From assembly GCA_963770975.1 (NCBI GenBank), contig CAVYRM010000008.1:79858-143857 (forward strand): 64,000 nt of DNA. Direction: 5' to 3'. The position numbers and the translations under genes are program-made. Below, piece after piece: positions 12,601-21,337 of the stretch (position 1 is its first letter; every line of letters starts with the position of its first letter). The notes beneath the pieces are model-generated. The model was given only the letters and a program-made list of their open reading frames with translations, made no database searches and had not been told where the DNA came from. The stretch comes from an uncultured delta proteobacterium (GTDB taxonomy: Bacteria; Desulfobacterota; Deferrimicrobia; Deferrimicrobiales; Deferrimicrobiaceae).

Positions 12601-12625
12601 TGCGTCGATGACAGGAGAAGCCTGA
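9612..12625 (+). CDS. Fused polytopic-membrane / spermidine-synthase-like (SAM-methyltransferase fold) protein. At least four frame changes; the C-terminus is uncertain (12503-12625).
   Basis: The N-terminus LYLLFFLSGAAALAYQVVWVRSLQLVFGGS and later FCALGYEVLWTRVLSMVVGAS are duplicated membrane modules. The SpeE-like core is VFVLGTGSGMTLGATSVHPSVEEIVLAEIEP...FDVITADPIHPWFSGAGYLYTAEYF. Confidence 0.65.
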
Positions 12626-13060
12626 TGTGCGGTTGAGGGGATGATCGTTTATCGGCAGAGGATCTTGAAGAGCTCCCCCTGGGAGATTCGCGCACGACGC
12701 CGCGTCCAATCCGAAGGGGTGAAGGTGTGGGTCACCGGCTTGTTCGGTCGTTCCGACGATGACCTCGACGTCCCGGACGATCCTGTTGGTGCAGTCGAAT
12801 TCCTCCAGGGATTTCCTCGGGAAGTGGTCCTTGTCGAACCCCATGATCCAGACCCGGAACATCCTCGGTCCGGAGGGAATGACGCTGTCCGGATCGTAGA
12901 GGATCCTTTCCTCGCCGGTTTTTCCCGCGATCGCCTTCCATCGCTCGTTTCCCGCATCCGCGATTCCCGCCGCCATGGTCAATGCCGAAAAGAGGAGGCA
13001 AAGAAAAAACGTTGAGGGTTTTTTCAGGGAAGAATGATGGATCGACATATCGATAATCAT
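12587..13060 (-). CDS. Small secreted hypothetical protein, possibly surface-adhesin-E-like. The C-terminus is probably frameshifted.
   Basis: The signal peptide is KKPSTFFLCLLFSALTMAAGIADA. Then ERILYDPDSVIPSGPRMFRVWIMGFD...EEFDCTNRIVRDVEVIV, a pattern seen in adhesin-E-type domains. The function is a guess. Confidence 0.3.
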   Translation of the reverse strand: MIIDMSIHHSSLKKPSTFFLCLLFSALTMAAGIADAGNERWKAIAGKTGEERILYDPDSVIPSGPRMFRVWIMGFDKDHFPRKSLEEFDCTNRIVRDVEVIVGTTEQAGDPHLHPFGLDAASCANLPGGALQDPLPINDHPLNRTSGFSCHRRNDFT

Positions 13061-14845
13061 ACCATCGCACCGCCGCGTTCTCTACGCGGGTTCATTCCGG
13101 CCGCCCTGTTCCTTCTGATCGGAGTGGCCATCTATTCCAATACGCTGCATTCCCCCTTTGTATTCGATGACGGACCGTCCATCACCAGAAACCCGACGAT
13201 CAAAAACCTCCAGAATTTTTACGGGAATTCAACCGGTTACGATAAGTACCCGAACAGGTTCGTCGGGTACGCCACGTTTGCGCTGAATTACCGCTTCGGC
13301 GCGTTCGATCCGTCCGGGTATCACGTCGTGAACCTGGCGATACACATCGGAAACGCTTTGCTGGTCTATTTCATCGTGCTCATCACGTTCCGCACGCCGT
13401 ACATGGAAAAATCCTTTTCGGAAAAGGCAGCGCGCGGCAGTGCGCTCACCGCCGGATTGCTATTTCTCGTCCATCCCGTGCAAACCGAGGCGGTGACGTT
13501 CATCGTTCAAAGGCTGACATCGCTTGCCACGGCGTTTTTCCTTCTTTCCCTGTTTTATTACGCAAAGGCGCGGCTCCTGTCGTACGGCGGGCCGAACCCT
13601 TCGAAAAAGAAATACCTGCCGTGTTACCTCGTTTCGTTCCTTTTTTGCCTCCTGTCGATGAAAACGAAGGAGATCTCTTTCACCCTGCCCGTTATCTTAT
13701 TGGTTTATGAAGGTTTTTTCTTCGATGGCCCGTTCCGGAAGCGAGCTTTCCTCGTGTTTCCGTTCCTGCTGTCGATGCTGGTCATCCCCCTTTCGCTCGT
13801 CAACGTTCATGCGCCGATCGGCAAAGTCCTCACGGACATCGGCACGGCCACCCGGGTGCAAACGGACCTGTCGCGCGGGGACTATTTCCTCACCGAACTG
13901 AGCGTGATCGTCACCTACGTTCGACTGCTGTTTCTCCCGATCCACCAGAACCTGGACTACGATTACCCGATATACCGTACTCTTCTCCAGCCCAGGGTGA
14001 TTCTCTGCGCGGCGTTCCTGGCGTTCCTCCTGGGGACGGCGCTCCGGTTATACCTTCGATCCAGGAAAAACGGATCGGCGACGCTCCGGGTGATCTCCTT
14101 CGGCATGATCTGGTTCTTCGTCACCCTGGCGGTCGAGTCCTCCCTGGTTCCGATCGTGGATGTCATCTTCGAGCACAGGATCTACCTCCCTTCCGTGGGG
14201 GCCTTCCTTTCCCTGGCGGCGGCCGCCTCCATGATTCCCGGGGGATGGAAAAGGAAAGCGTGGACGGCGGCGCTGATACTGATCGTCGCGGGACTTTCCG
14301 CAGGCACGTATACAAGGAACATGATCTGGGAAGATGACCTCATCCTCTGGAGCGACAACGTAAAAAAGTCCCCCGCCAAGGCAAGACCTCATTACAACCT
14401 GGGGAATTCCTATTTCATGCGGCGTGCGACCGACAAGGCGATCAGGGAATTCCAGGAGGCGATCCGCCTGGATCCGGGCTATGCCGATGCATACCTGAAC
14501 CTGGGGGTGGCGTATGCTTCCACAGGCGCCGATGAAAAGGCCATGACGGCCTTGAACGAGGCAACCCGGCTGAACCCCGCCGACCCGGAATCCCATTACA
14601 ACCTGGGGCTGCTGTACGCCAACAAGGGATCGGACCGCCTTGCCGTCGAACATTACCAAAGGGCGATCTCGCTGCAGCCGGAATCCGTGAACGCCCGCAA
14701 CAACCTGGGGATCCTGTTGGCGGCATCGGGCCGCATCGACGAGGCCATCGACCAGTTCCGGCAGGGACTCCGGTACGTTCCGGGAGACGAAGAACTACGA
14801 AGGAACCTGGAAAATGCCTATCGACTGAAATCCCGTTCGAAATAG
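13034..14845 (+). CDS. Polytopic membrane protein with C-terminal TPR repeats (TMTC/PMT-like glycosyltransferase-type architecture).
   Basis: An intact 603-aa ORF. It has the N-terminal motif NTLHSPFVFDDGPSITRNPTIKNL, many hydrophobic helices, and then the TPR repeats HYNLGNSYF...AYLNLGVAYAS...HYNLGLLYAN...RNNLGILLAA. Confidence 0.65.
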   Translation: MMDRHIDNHTIAPPRSLRGFIPAALFLLIGVAIYSNTLHSPFVFDDGPSITRNPTIKNLQNFYGNSTGYDKYPNRFVGYATFALNYRFGAFDPSGYHVVNLAIHIGNALLVYFIVLITFRTPYMEKSFSEKAARGSALTAGLLFLVHPVQTEAVTFIVQRLTSLATAFFLLSLFYYAKARLLSYGGPNPSKKKYLPCYLVSFLFCLLSMKTKEISFTLPVILLVYEGFFFDGPFRKRAFLVFPFLLSMLVIPLSLVNVHAPIGKVLTDIGTATRVQTDLSRGDYFLTELSVIVTYVRLLFLPIHQNLDYDYPIYRTLLQPRVILCAAFLAFLLGTALRLYLRSRKNGSATLRVISFGMIWFFVTLAVESSLVPIVDVIFEHRIYLPSVGAFLSLAAAASMIPGGWKRKAWTAALILIVAGLSAGTYTRNMIWEDDLILWSDNVKKSPAKARPHYNLGNSYFMRRATDKAIREFQEAIRLDPGYADAYLNLGVAYASTGADEKAMTALNEATRLNPADPESHYNLGLLYANKGSDRLAVEHYQRAISLQPESVNARNNLGILLAASGRIDEAIDQFRQGLRYVPGDEELRRNLENAYRLKSRSK

Positions 14846-14857
14846 CCCGGGTCGATA

Positions 14858-15181
14858 TTACTTCCTGTTTTCGAGCACGTATATGTAAAGCTCCCTGCAC
14901 ATTTGCAGTCGCCGGAGGTATACCTTCCGGGTCGGTTCCTCCTCCGCCTCGATTTGCGGCTTCAGGGCATCGCACCGCGCGATCAAATCCTTGAGCTCCT
15001 CCGCGGAAAGCGTCATCGCGACGTCGGTTTTCGAGCAGACCGCCTCGTACTCCGGCTTCCACCGATCCTCGGCCTGCGATACCGAGGGTCCGGACAAGGG
15101 GTGTCCGGCCGGCAGGGGACTCCAGGAGAGAAGGATGACCGTGGCGACGGCGCAAAGGATGCCGGATGCGAATCGTCTCAC
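14858..15181 (-). CDS. Small secreted Cys-containing hypothetical protein, translationally coupled to the upstream cytochrome.
   Basis: The GTG start at 15181 overlaps the TGA stop of the 15178-15924 gene (GTGA). The signal-like N-terminus is RRFASGILCAVATVILLS. The mature part has 3 Cys and a charged helical tail. Confidence 0.4.
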   Translation of the reverse strand: MRRFASGILCAVATVILLSWSPLPAGHPLSGPSVSQAEDRWKPEYEAVCSKTDVAMTLSAEELKDLIARCDALKPQIEAEEEPTRKVYLRRLQMCRELYIYVLENRK

Positions 15182-15924
15182 GGCCACTCCTTCATGGCGG
15201 GGTGGCACCCCCGGCAGTCGCTCATCGGAAACGCCACCGTCATGTGGCAGACGCCGCAGAACTCCCCCGCCAGGTTCATCCTCATCTCGAAATGCTTCGT
15301 GGTCTTCTTCCGGATGTTGAAGATATCCGGATGGCAACTGCTGCACTCCAGCCACGCGGTGTGGCTCTTGTGGGGGAAGATCGCGGGGGGAACGCGTTCC
15401 CACTCCGCCTCGAGCATCAGCGTCTTTTCGTAGACGATCCCCGCCGGCGGTTTCACCCTCAGGAACCGGGCGGGACGGATCGCGTTCTCCTCCATCGCCC
15501 GCCCCCAGTCGATGCGGTTCCCCGAGCGTCTTCGCGGCAGCGAGGCCAGCTCGGGGAAATTCTCTTTTCCATATCCCCGGTCGCCGTTGTGGCATTTATC
15601 GCAGCTCCCCTTGTCATGTCCGAAGGCGATCTTCCCGTCGTGGCACGCACCGCAATATTTTCCCGCCCGGTTCTCCGCTTCGGTGATCGGGGTGACATTC
15701 ACCTTGAACCCGAATTCCAGCTCGGAGTGGCAGACCCTGCACGTGTATTTTCTCCGGTGGCTCCAGTGGGAGAACGTGACGGGCTTCACCTTGTTCTTCG
15801 TGGAGGTCCGGTCGACGAGCAGGTTCCCGAACTCCTCCGGCGGGGGAGGAGGGGGGAAATACCAGTTCGCCTCCGCTGCCACCGCAAATAGAAGGAACGC
15901 CAGCGCCCCGAGATAACCGGCCAT
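15178..15924 (-). CDS. Hexaheme cytochrome made of two c7-type triheme domains.
   Basis: An intact ORF with an N-terminal anchor and 6 CxxCH motifs (CRVCH, CGACH, CDKCH, CSSCH, CGVCH, CRGCH). They are arranged as F.H..H....C..CH...CG.CH.G.AF...C..CH, twice. Confidence 0.8.
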   Translation of the reverse strand: MAGYLGALAFLLFAVAAEANWYFPPPPPPEEFGNLLVDRTSTKNKVKPVTFSHWSHRRKYTCRVCHSELEFGFKVNVTPITEAENRAGKYCGACHDGKIAFGHDKGSCDKCHNGDRGYGKENFPELASLPRRRSGNRIDWGRAMEENAIRPARFLRVKPPAGIVYEKTLMLEAEWERVPPAIFPHKSHTAWLECSSCHPDIFNIRKKTTKHFEMRMNLAGEFCGVCHMTVAFPMSDCRGCHPAMKEWP

Positions 15925-15927
15925 GAA

Positions 15928-16728
15928 TCATCGCACCGGCTTCGAGTGGCATCTCTGGCAATCGGTGGTCGGGAACGCCACGGACATGTGACACGCCCCG
16001 CAATACTTCCCCTCGAAGATCTCGGACATCGAGTACCGGGTCATCCCCTTCCTGATTCCGGCGAAGATCTCCGGGTGGCACAGTTCGCATCCGTTCCAGA
16101 CGGTGTGCTTCCTGTGGGAGAAGATGATTTCCGGCATGGTCTCGACCTTCGCCGCGATGGCGAAGTCCTTCTGGACCGCCAGGGCGGGTCGTTTGATGGA
16201 GACCCCCTCGATATGGTCCAGCGGCTTGATGAGCCCCCGCTCTTCCGCCTTCTCCCAGTCGACCCCGTTTCCGAACCGCTCCTTCGGGAGCCTCTCGATG
16301 AACGCGGCGAAGTTGTAGTCCCGCTCCACGCTCTCCCCGTCGGCATGGCACCGGTTGCATCGCCTCTGGTCATCACGGGTGTATTTCTTCGCACACGCCT
16401 CGAATATTTTCCGGTCCCCGTGGGTCATCTTCCCGTTGTGACAGGTGCCGCAGTAGTACCCCTTCATGTTGTCCGACGCCTTGATCCCCGTCGCGTTGGC
16501 TTTCATCGCGAATCCGATATCCACGTGGCACAGGCGGCAGGTGTACTTGGCCCGATGGAGCCAGTGGTCGAACCGGACCGGGGAAAGGCCCGCGCCGGAC
16601 GAGAAATTCCCGATGACGACCCCCCCGTATTCATACGGCAACGGGCGCCGTTTCTTTGTCCCGGTCTGGGCGAAGGCGAAGCTGGCGAAGACCGGTACGA
16701 GAAGAAGGATTATGAACCGTTTTTTCAT
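15928..16728 (-). CDS. Hexaheme cytochrome made of two c7-type triheme domains; a paralog of 15178-15924.
   Basis: It starts at MKKRFIILLLVPVFASFAFA (ATG 16728, AGGAGG upstream). The 6 CxxCH motifs are CRLCH, CGTCH, CNRCH, CELCH, CGACH and CQRCH. The domain order matches its neighbour. Confidence 0.8.
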   Translation of the reverse strand: MKKRFIILLLVPVFASFAFAQTGTKKRRPLPYEYGGVVIGNFSSGAGLSPVRFDHWLHRAKYTCRLCHVDIGFAMKANATGIKASDNMKGYYCGTCHNGKMTHGDRKIFEACAKKYTRDDQRRCNRCHADGESVERDYNFAAFIERLPKERFGNGVDWEKAEERGLIKPLDHIEGVSIKRPALAVQKDFAIAAKVETMPEIIFSHRKHTVWNGCELCHPEIFAGIRKGMTRYSMSEIFEGKYCGACHMSVAFPTTDCQRCHSKPVR

Positions 16729-16901
16729 GCTGCTGCCCCTCCTGCCGGATATCCCTCCGGTAATCATAACAATGTCATTTCTGTTAATGAGAAAAGAATG
16801 CAGGATGCAGCCCGCATTCCGTCCCGTGGAGGGCAGGGATTCGCCTCGTGATTCTGTTATAGTAGGAAAATTATTTAACTGCCCCTTTGGGAGGTTTACC
16901 G

Positions 16902-17798
16902 GTGACGAGCGCCACGGTGGTCGAGACGAAGCTTTCCGGATTGACGCTGCTGGGGAGAGGGAAAGTCCGGGACATCTACGAGGTGGAAGGGAAACTCCTT
17001 CTGGTGGCCTCCGACCGGCTCTCCGCGTTCGACGTGGTGATGCCCGACGGGATCCCGGGGAAGGGCAAGGTGCTGAACCAGATCTCCGCGTTCTGGTTCC
17101 GCATGCTCTCCGACATCATCCCGAACCACATGATCTCCATCGACGTCGACGCCTTCCCGCCGGCGGCCAGGACGCACGCCGAAACGCTTCGCGGCCGGTC
17201 GATGCTGTGCCGCAAGGCGAAGCCGTTCCCGGTGGAGTGCGTCGTCCGGGGGTATCTGTCCGGTTCCGGGTGGGCGGAATACCGGGAGAAGGGCGAGGTG
17301 TGCGGCATCCCGCTGCCGAAGGGGTTGCGCGAGTCGGATCGGCTTCCGGAGCCGATCTTCACCCCGGCCACCAAGGAGGAGAAGGGGCACCACGACGAGA
17401 ACATCCCCTACGAGCGGATGGTGCAGATCGTGGGGAAGGAGACGGCGGAAAAGGTGCGCTCCATCGTCATCGCGCTGTACAACAAGGCCGCCGGGTACGC
17501 CAGGGGGAAGGGGATCATCATCGCCGACACGAAGTTCGAGCTGGGGACCGCGGACGGGCAGCTGATCCTGATCGACGAGGCGCTCACCCCCGACTCCTCC
17601 CGGTTCTGGCCCGCCGCGGAGTACAAGCCCGGCGGCCCGCAGAAGAGCTTCGACAAGCAGTTCGTGCGCGATTACCTGCTCACCCTGCCGTGGAACAAGA
17701 CGGCGCCCGGCCCGCGCCTCCCCGCGGACGTCGTGGAGAAGACCGCCGCGAAATATCGCGAGGCCCTCACGATCCTCACGGGGAAAGACATCGAGTAG
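16902..17798 (+). CDS. purC: Phosphoribosylaminoimidazole-succinocarboxamide (SAICAR) synthase.
   Basis: [51 protein letters not shown]...[10 protein letters not shown]...[17 protein letters not shown] 16902 follows a GGGAGG ribosome-binding site. Confidence 0.9.
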   Translation: MTSATVVETKLSGLTLLGRGKVRDIYEVEGKLLLVASDRLSAFDVVMPDGIPGKGKVLNQISAFWFRMLSDIIPNHMISIDVDAFPPAARTHAETLRGRSMLCRKAKPFPVECVVRGYLSGSGWAEYREKGEVCGIPLPKGLRESDRLPEPIFTPATKEEKGHHDENIPYERMVQIVGKETAEKVRSIVIALYNKAAGYARGKGIIIADTKFELGTADGQLILIDEALTPDSSRFWPAAEYKPGGPQKSFDKQFVRDYLLTLPWNKTAPGPRLPADVVEKTAAKYREALTILTGKDIE

Positions 17799-17807
17799 GG
17801 TGGCCGG

Positions 17808-19247
17808 TTGGCATACTACCGCAAGATCTTCATCGCAAATCGTGGTGAGATCGCCTGCAGGGCCATCCGGCCGGCCAGGGAACTCGGGATTCCGGTGGTG
17901 GTGGGATACTCCGACTGCGACGCCCTCTCCCTCCATGTGAAGCTCGCCGACGAGGCGGTCCATCTCGGACCCTCCCCGGCGACCAAGAGCTATCTCGACA
18001 TCGAGGCCGTGATCCGCGCCGCGAAGGATTCCGGCTGCACCGCGATCTTTCCGGGATACGGGTTCCTTGCGGAGAACCCGGAGTTCGCGGATGCCGTGGA
18101 GCGCGAAGGCCTCACCTTCATCGGCCCTTCCTCCCGCGTGATGCGGATCCTCGGCGACAAGATCGCGGCGCGCAAGGCGCTCGCCGCCTCCGGCGTTCCC
18201 GTGATCCCCGCCATCGAGGACGTCGAGGATGCGGACCAGGTGATCCGGTTCGGCGATCGCGTGGGATGGCCCCTCCTCGTCAAGGCGTCCGCGGGCGGGG
18301 GCGGAAAGGGGATGCAGAAACTCACCTCCCCGTACGAGGTGGAGGAAGGCCTGGCCGCTACCCGCTCGGTGGCGGAGAAGACGTTCGGCCAGGGGACCGT
18401 CTTCGTCGAGAAGTTCATCGAGGGCGGCCGCCACATCGAGTTCCAGTTCCTGGCGGACCGGTACGGCAACGTCATCCACCTGGGCGAGCGGGAATGCTCC
18501 ATCCAGCGGCGGCACCAGAAGCTGGTGGAGGAGGCCCCCAGCTCGCTTCTGACGCCGGAGGTCCGGTCGAAGATGGGATCGATCGTCGTCCGGGCCATGA
18601 AGGACATCGGGTACGAGACGGCCGGCACGCTCGAGTTCCTCGTCGACAGGAACGGCAAGTTCTTCGCCCTCGAGGTGAACACGCGGATCCAGGTCGAGCA
18701 TACCGTCACCGAGATGATCAGCGGGTTCGACATCATCCGGAAGATGTACAAGATCGCCGCCGGCGACCGCCTGTCGCTGCGCCAGGAGGACGTCCAGCTC
18801 CGGGGCCATGCGATCCAGTGCCGCGTCAACGCGGAGGACCCGAAGAACGCGTTCGCGCCGTCCTTCGGCCGGATCACCTTCCTTCGCCAGATCAGCGGCC
18901 CGTTCATCCGGACGGAGTCGGGGATCTACCAGGGGTGGGATGTCCCCCCCTTCTACGACTCCCTTCTCGCCAAGATCTGCTCCGTGGGAAAGGACCGCGA
19001 GACGGCGATCCAGCGGATGCGGCGGGCGCTGCGGGAGTACGACATCTGGGGCGTGCGGACGACGATCCCGCTGCTGCGGCGGATCATGGACCACCCCGAC
19101 TTCCTGTCCGGGAAGATCCATACGGGCTTCATCGACGAGAACATCGCCGGTCTCACCGAATACGAAGAAGCCGAGGAGGAGATCTACAAGGCTGCCCGGT
19201 TCGTCGCCGAGGTCTCCGGACTCGGCCGCAACATCCACAGCGGTTGA
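17808..19247 (+). CDS. Biotin carboxylase subunit (ATP-grasp) of a two-subunit biotin-dependent carboxylase.
   Basis: YRKIFIANRGEIACRAIRPARELGI...GYGFLAENPEFADAVEREGLTFIGPS...LLVKASAGGGGKGMQ...EVNTRIQVEHTVTEMISG. It is intact at 479 aa. Confidence 0.85.
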   Translation: MAYYRKIFIANRGEIACRAIRPARELGIPVVVGYSDCDALSLHVKLADEAVHLGPSPATKSYLDIEAVIRAAKDSGCTAIFPGYGFLAENPEFADAVEREGLTFIGPSSRVMRILGDKIAARKALAASGVPVIPAIEDVEDADQVIRFGDRVGWPLLVKASAGGGGKGMQKLTSPYEVEEGLAATRSVAEKTFGQGTVFVEKFIEGGRHIEFQFLADRYGNVIHLGERECSIQRRHQKLVEEAPSSLLTPEVRSKMGSIVVRAMKDIGYETAGTLEFLVDRNGKFFALEVNTRIQVEHTVTEMISGFDIIRKMYKIAAGDRLSLRQEDVQLRGHAIQCRVNAEDPKNAFAPSFGRITFLRQISGPFIRTESGIYQGWDVPPFYDSLLAKICSVGKDRETAIQRMRRALREYDIWGVRTTIPLLRRIMDHPDFLSGKIHTGFIDENIAGLTEYEEAEEEIYKAARFVAEVSGLGRNIHSG

Positions 19248-19257
19248 CGGGGGAGCG

Positions 19258-21285
19258 ATGCCCGGCAGCCTGAAAAAGAAAGGGTACAGGAAGGTTCTCA
19301 AGACCCTGCGCGACGGCAAGACGATCCGGCTCACCAACACGGGGCCGCGCGACACGGGCCAGAGCGACTTCAAGAACCGGTTCACCCTCCACGATCTCAC
19401 CCGCCTGATGCCGGTCTACGACGCCTCGGGGTATTTCTCCGTGGAGGTCCACGGCGGAGCGCGTCTCCACCAGAACCTGATGAACAACATGATCCACCCG
19501 TTCGAGGAGGCGCGGCTCTTTTCCACGATGATGCCGAACGTGCTGACCCAGACGCTCATCCGGTCGACGAACGTCTGGGGATACCGGATGTATCCCCGCA
19601 ACATCGTGCGGCTCGCGGTCGAGTCCTTTCTCCCCACGATCGACGTATGGCGCTGCTTCGACTTCCTGAACTACGTCCCCAACATGGCGCCGGTGGCCGA
19701 GGAGGTCCTCCGCGGGGGGAAGATCTTCTCGCCCGCCATCTCCTTCACCGAATCCCCCGAGTGCTCGGATGCCTACTACCTGCGGGTCCTCAAGGAGATC
19801 GTGTCGCTGTGCGGCGGCACGAAGAACATCATCCTGTGCATCAAGGACATGGCGGGAGTCGGGTCCCCGGCCCGGATCCGGCGGCTGATCGACGTCTTCC
19901 TGCAGAAGTATCCCGGGCTGGTCATCCAGTACCACCGGCACTCCACGGACGGGTTGGTGATCCCGGCCATCGCGGCGGCGGCCGCGGCGGGGGCGAAGCT
20001 CTTCGACGTGACCGACGACGCCTTCTCCCGCTTCTACGGCCACCCTCCCGTGCGGCCCCTCGTGAGGTACCTCCGCGAGCTCGGGTACGACGTCCACCTC
20101 GACATGAAGCTCGCCGACGAGGCGTCGGACACGATCCGCGGGTTCATCCGCAGCTACGGGCGGTTCGAGTCCCAGTTCAAGGGGTTCAGCAACGACGTGA
20201 CCGTCCACAGGATGCCGGGCGGCGCGTTTCCCTCGTCGTTCGAGCAGGCCGAGAAGGGCGGGTTCCTCGACCTGATGCCCCACATCCTGAAGGGGATGTC
20301 GTACGGGAACCGGATCATCAAGTATTTCGACGTGACCCCCGGGTCTCAGATCACCTGGACCACGTGGGCGGGGATCCTCCAGCGCGTCAACAAGGAAGGG
20401 GGAGAGCACGGGATCCGGCGGCTGTTCGGCGTCCTGGACCGTTTCTACGAGGCGGGCGAGCGTCTCGAGGCGCTCTCCCAGGCGGACGAGAACCTCCTCC
20501 TTCGACTCTTCACGGGGGCGACCGACGACCTGAAGAACCTGCTGCTGGGGAAGTACGGTCCCCTCCCGTTCGGATGGCCGAAGGATTGGGTCTACCGGAG
20601 CGTCTTCGGCGAGGATTGGGCGGCGAAGGTGAAGGCCGAACGGGTCGAATCGTCGCCGCTGTCGCTGCTGCCGGACGAGGACCTCGAAAAGGCGCGCGCG
20701 GCGATGGAAGCGGAGCTGGGGCGGTCCTCCACCCCCGAGGAGTTCGTCCTGTACCTGATGCACCCGAAGGCGGCGATCGACTTCCTCAAGTTCCGGCAGC
20801 GGTTCGGCGACACCACCGTCCTTCCCACCTCCGTCTGGTTCAACGGGCTGCGGAAGCCGGGGGACCAGGTGACGATCGCGATCGGCGGAAAGCCGCACGA
20901 GATCCGGCTGGTCTCCATCGGGGAAGGGGTGGGCGGGGTAAAGCACGTGGTCCTGTCGGTGGACAACATCATGCACGTATTCCCCGTGGAGCTTCCGGAA
21001 GCCGCGGCGGCGCGGAAATCGATCCGGAAGGCGTCGCCGTCGAACAAGGGGGAGATCGGCGCGACCGTCACCGGCACGGTGTGGCGCATCGGGACGAAGG
21101 ACCGGGTGCTGAAGGAGGGAGACCGTCTCCGCAAGGGAGAGGAGGTCATGAACATCGAGGTGATGAAGACCGAGAACGCCGTGAAGACCCACGCGGCGGG
21201 AGTCATCCGGGAACTGTGCGTGAAGGTGAACGACCGGGTCGAGGAGGGGCAGCTCCTCGCCGTCGTCGACCCGGGAGGGGAATGA
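19258..21285 (+). CDS. Carboxyltransferase plus biotinyl-carrier subunit (pyruvate-carboxylase-B / 2-oxoglutarate-carboxylase-large-subunit type) with an atypical N-terminal motif.
   Basis: It is 675 aa. It has a TIM-barrel carboxyltransferase with IKDMAGV and YHRHSTDG (HxH), and a C-terminal biotinyl domain with EVMKTEN. The first motif reads NTGPRDTGQS where canonical enzymes read DTT.RDAHQS. Confidence 0.7.
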   Translation: MPGSLKKKGYRKVLKTLRDGKTIRLTNTGPRDTGQSDFKNRFTLHDLTRLMPVYDASGYFSVEVHGGARLHQNLMNNMIHPFEEARLFSTMMPNVLTQTLIRSTNVWGYRMYPRNIVRLAVESFLPTIDVWRCFDFLNYVPNMAPVAEEVLRGGKIFSPAISFTESPECSDAYYLRVLKEIVSLCGGTKNIILCIKDMAGVGSPARIRRLIDVFLQKYPGLVIQYHRHSTDGLVIPAIAAAAAAGAKLFDVTDDAFSRFYGHPPVRPLVRYLRELGYDVHLDMKLADEASDTIRGFIRSYGRFESQFKGFSNDVTVHRMPGGAFPSSFEQAEKGGFLDLMPHILKGMSYGNRIIKYFDVTPGSQITWTTWAGILQRVNKEGGEHGIRRLFGVLDRFYEAGERLEALSQADENLLLRLFTGATDDLKNLLLGKYGPLPFGWPKDWVYRSVFGEDWAAKVKAERVESSPLSLLPDEDLEKARAAMEAELGRSSTPEEFVLYLMHPKAAIDFLKFRQRFGDTTVLPTSVWFNGLRKPGDQVTIAIGGKPHEIRLVSIGEGVGGVKHVVLSVDNIMHVFPVELPEAAAARKSIRKASPSNKGEIGATVTGTVWRIGTKDRVLKEGDRLRKGEEVMNIEVMKTENAVKTHAAGVIRELCVKVNDRVEEGQLLAVVDPGGE

Positions 21286-21337
21286 CCGGCGGCGGCCGGC
21301 GGGAATCCGCCGGGAGGCTCCGGGAATCACGAAACCG

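Noticed and set aside
16896-19400. An 834-aa ORF on the minus strand, opposite purC and the biotin carboxylase. Similar long antisense ORFs lie at 24740-28534, 19153-21471, 36892-39069, 9816-11369 and 6629-8209.
   Set aside because: Each lies antisense to a gene with clear, family-typical protein sense. Their translations are Arg/Pro/Gly/Asp-rich, low in complexity and free of recognisable motifs. Stop-poor antisense frames are expected in GC-rich DNA.
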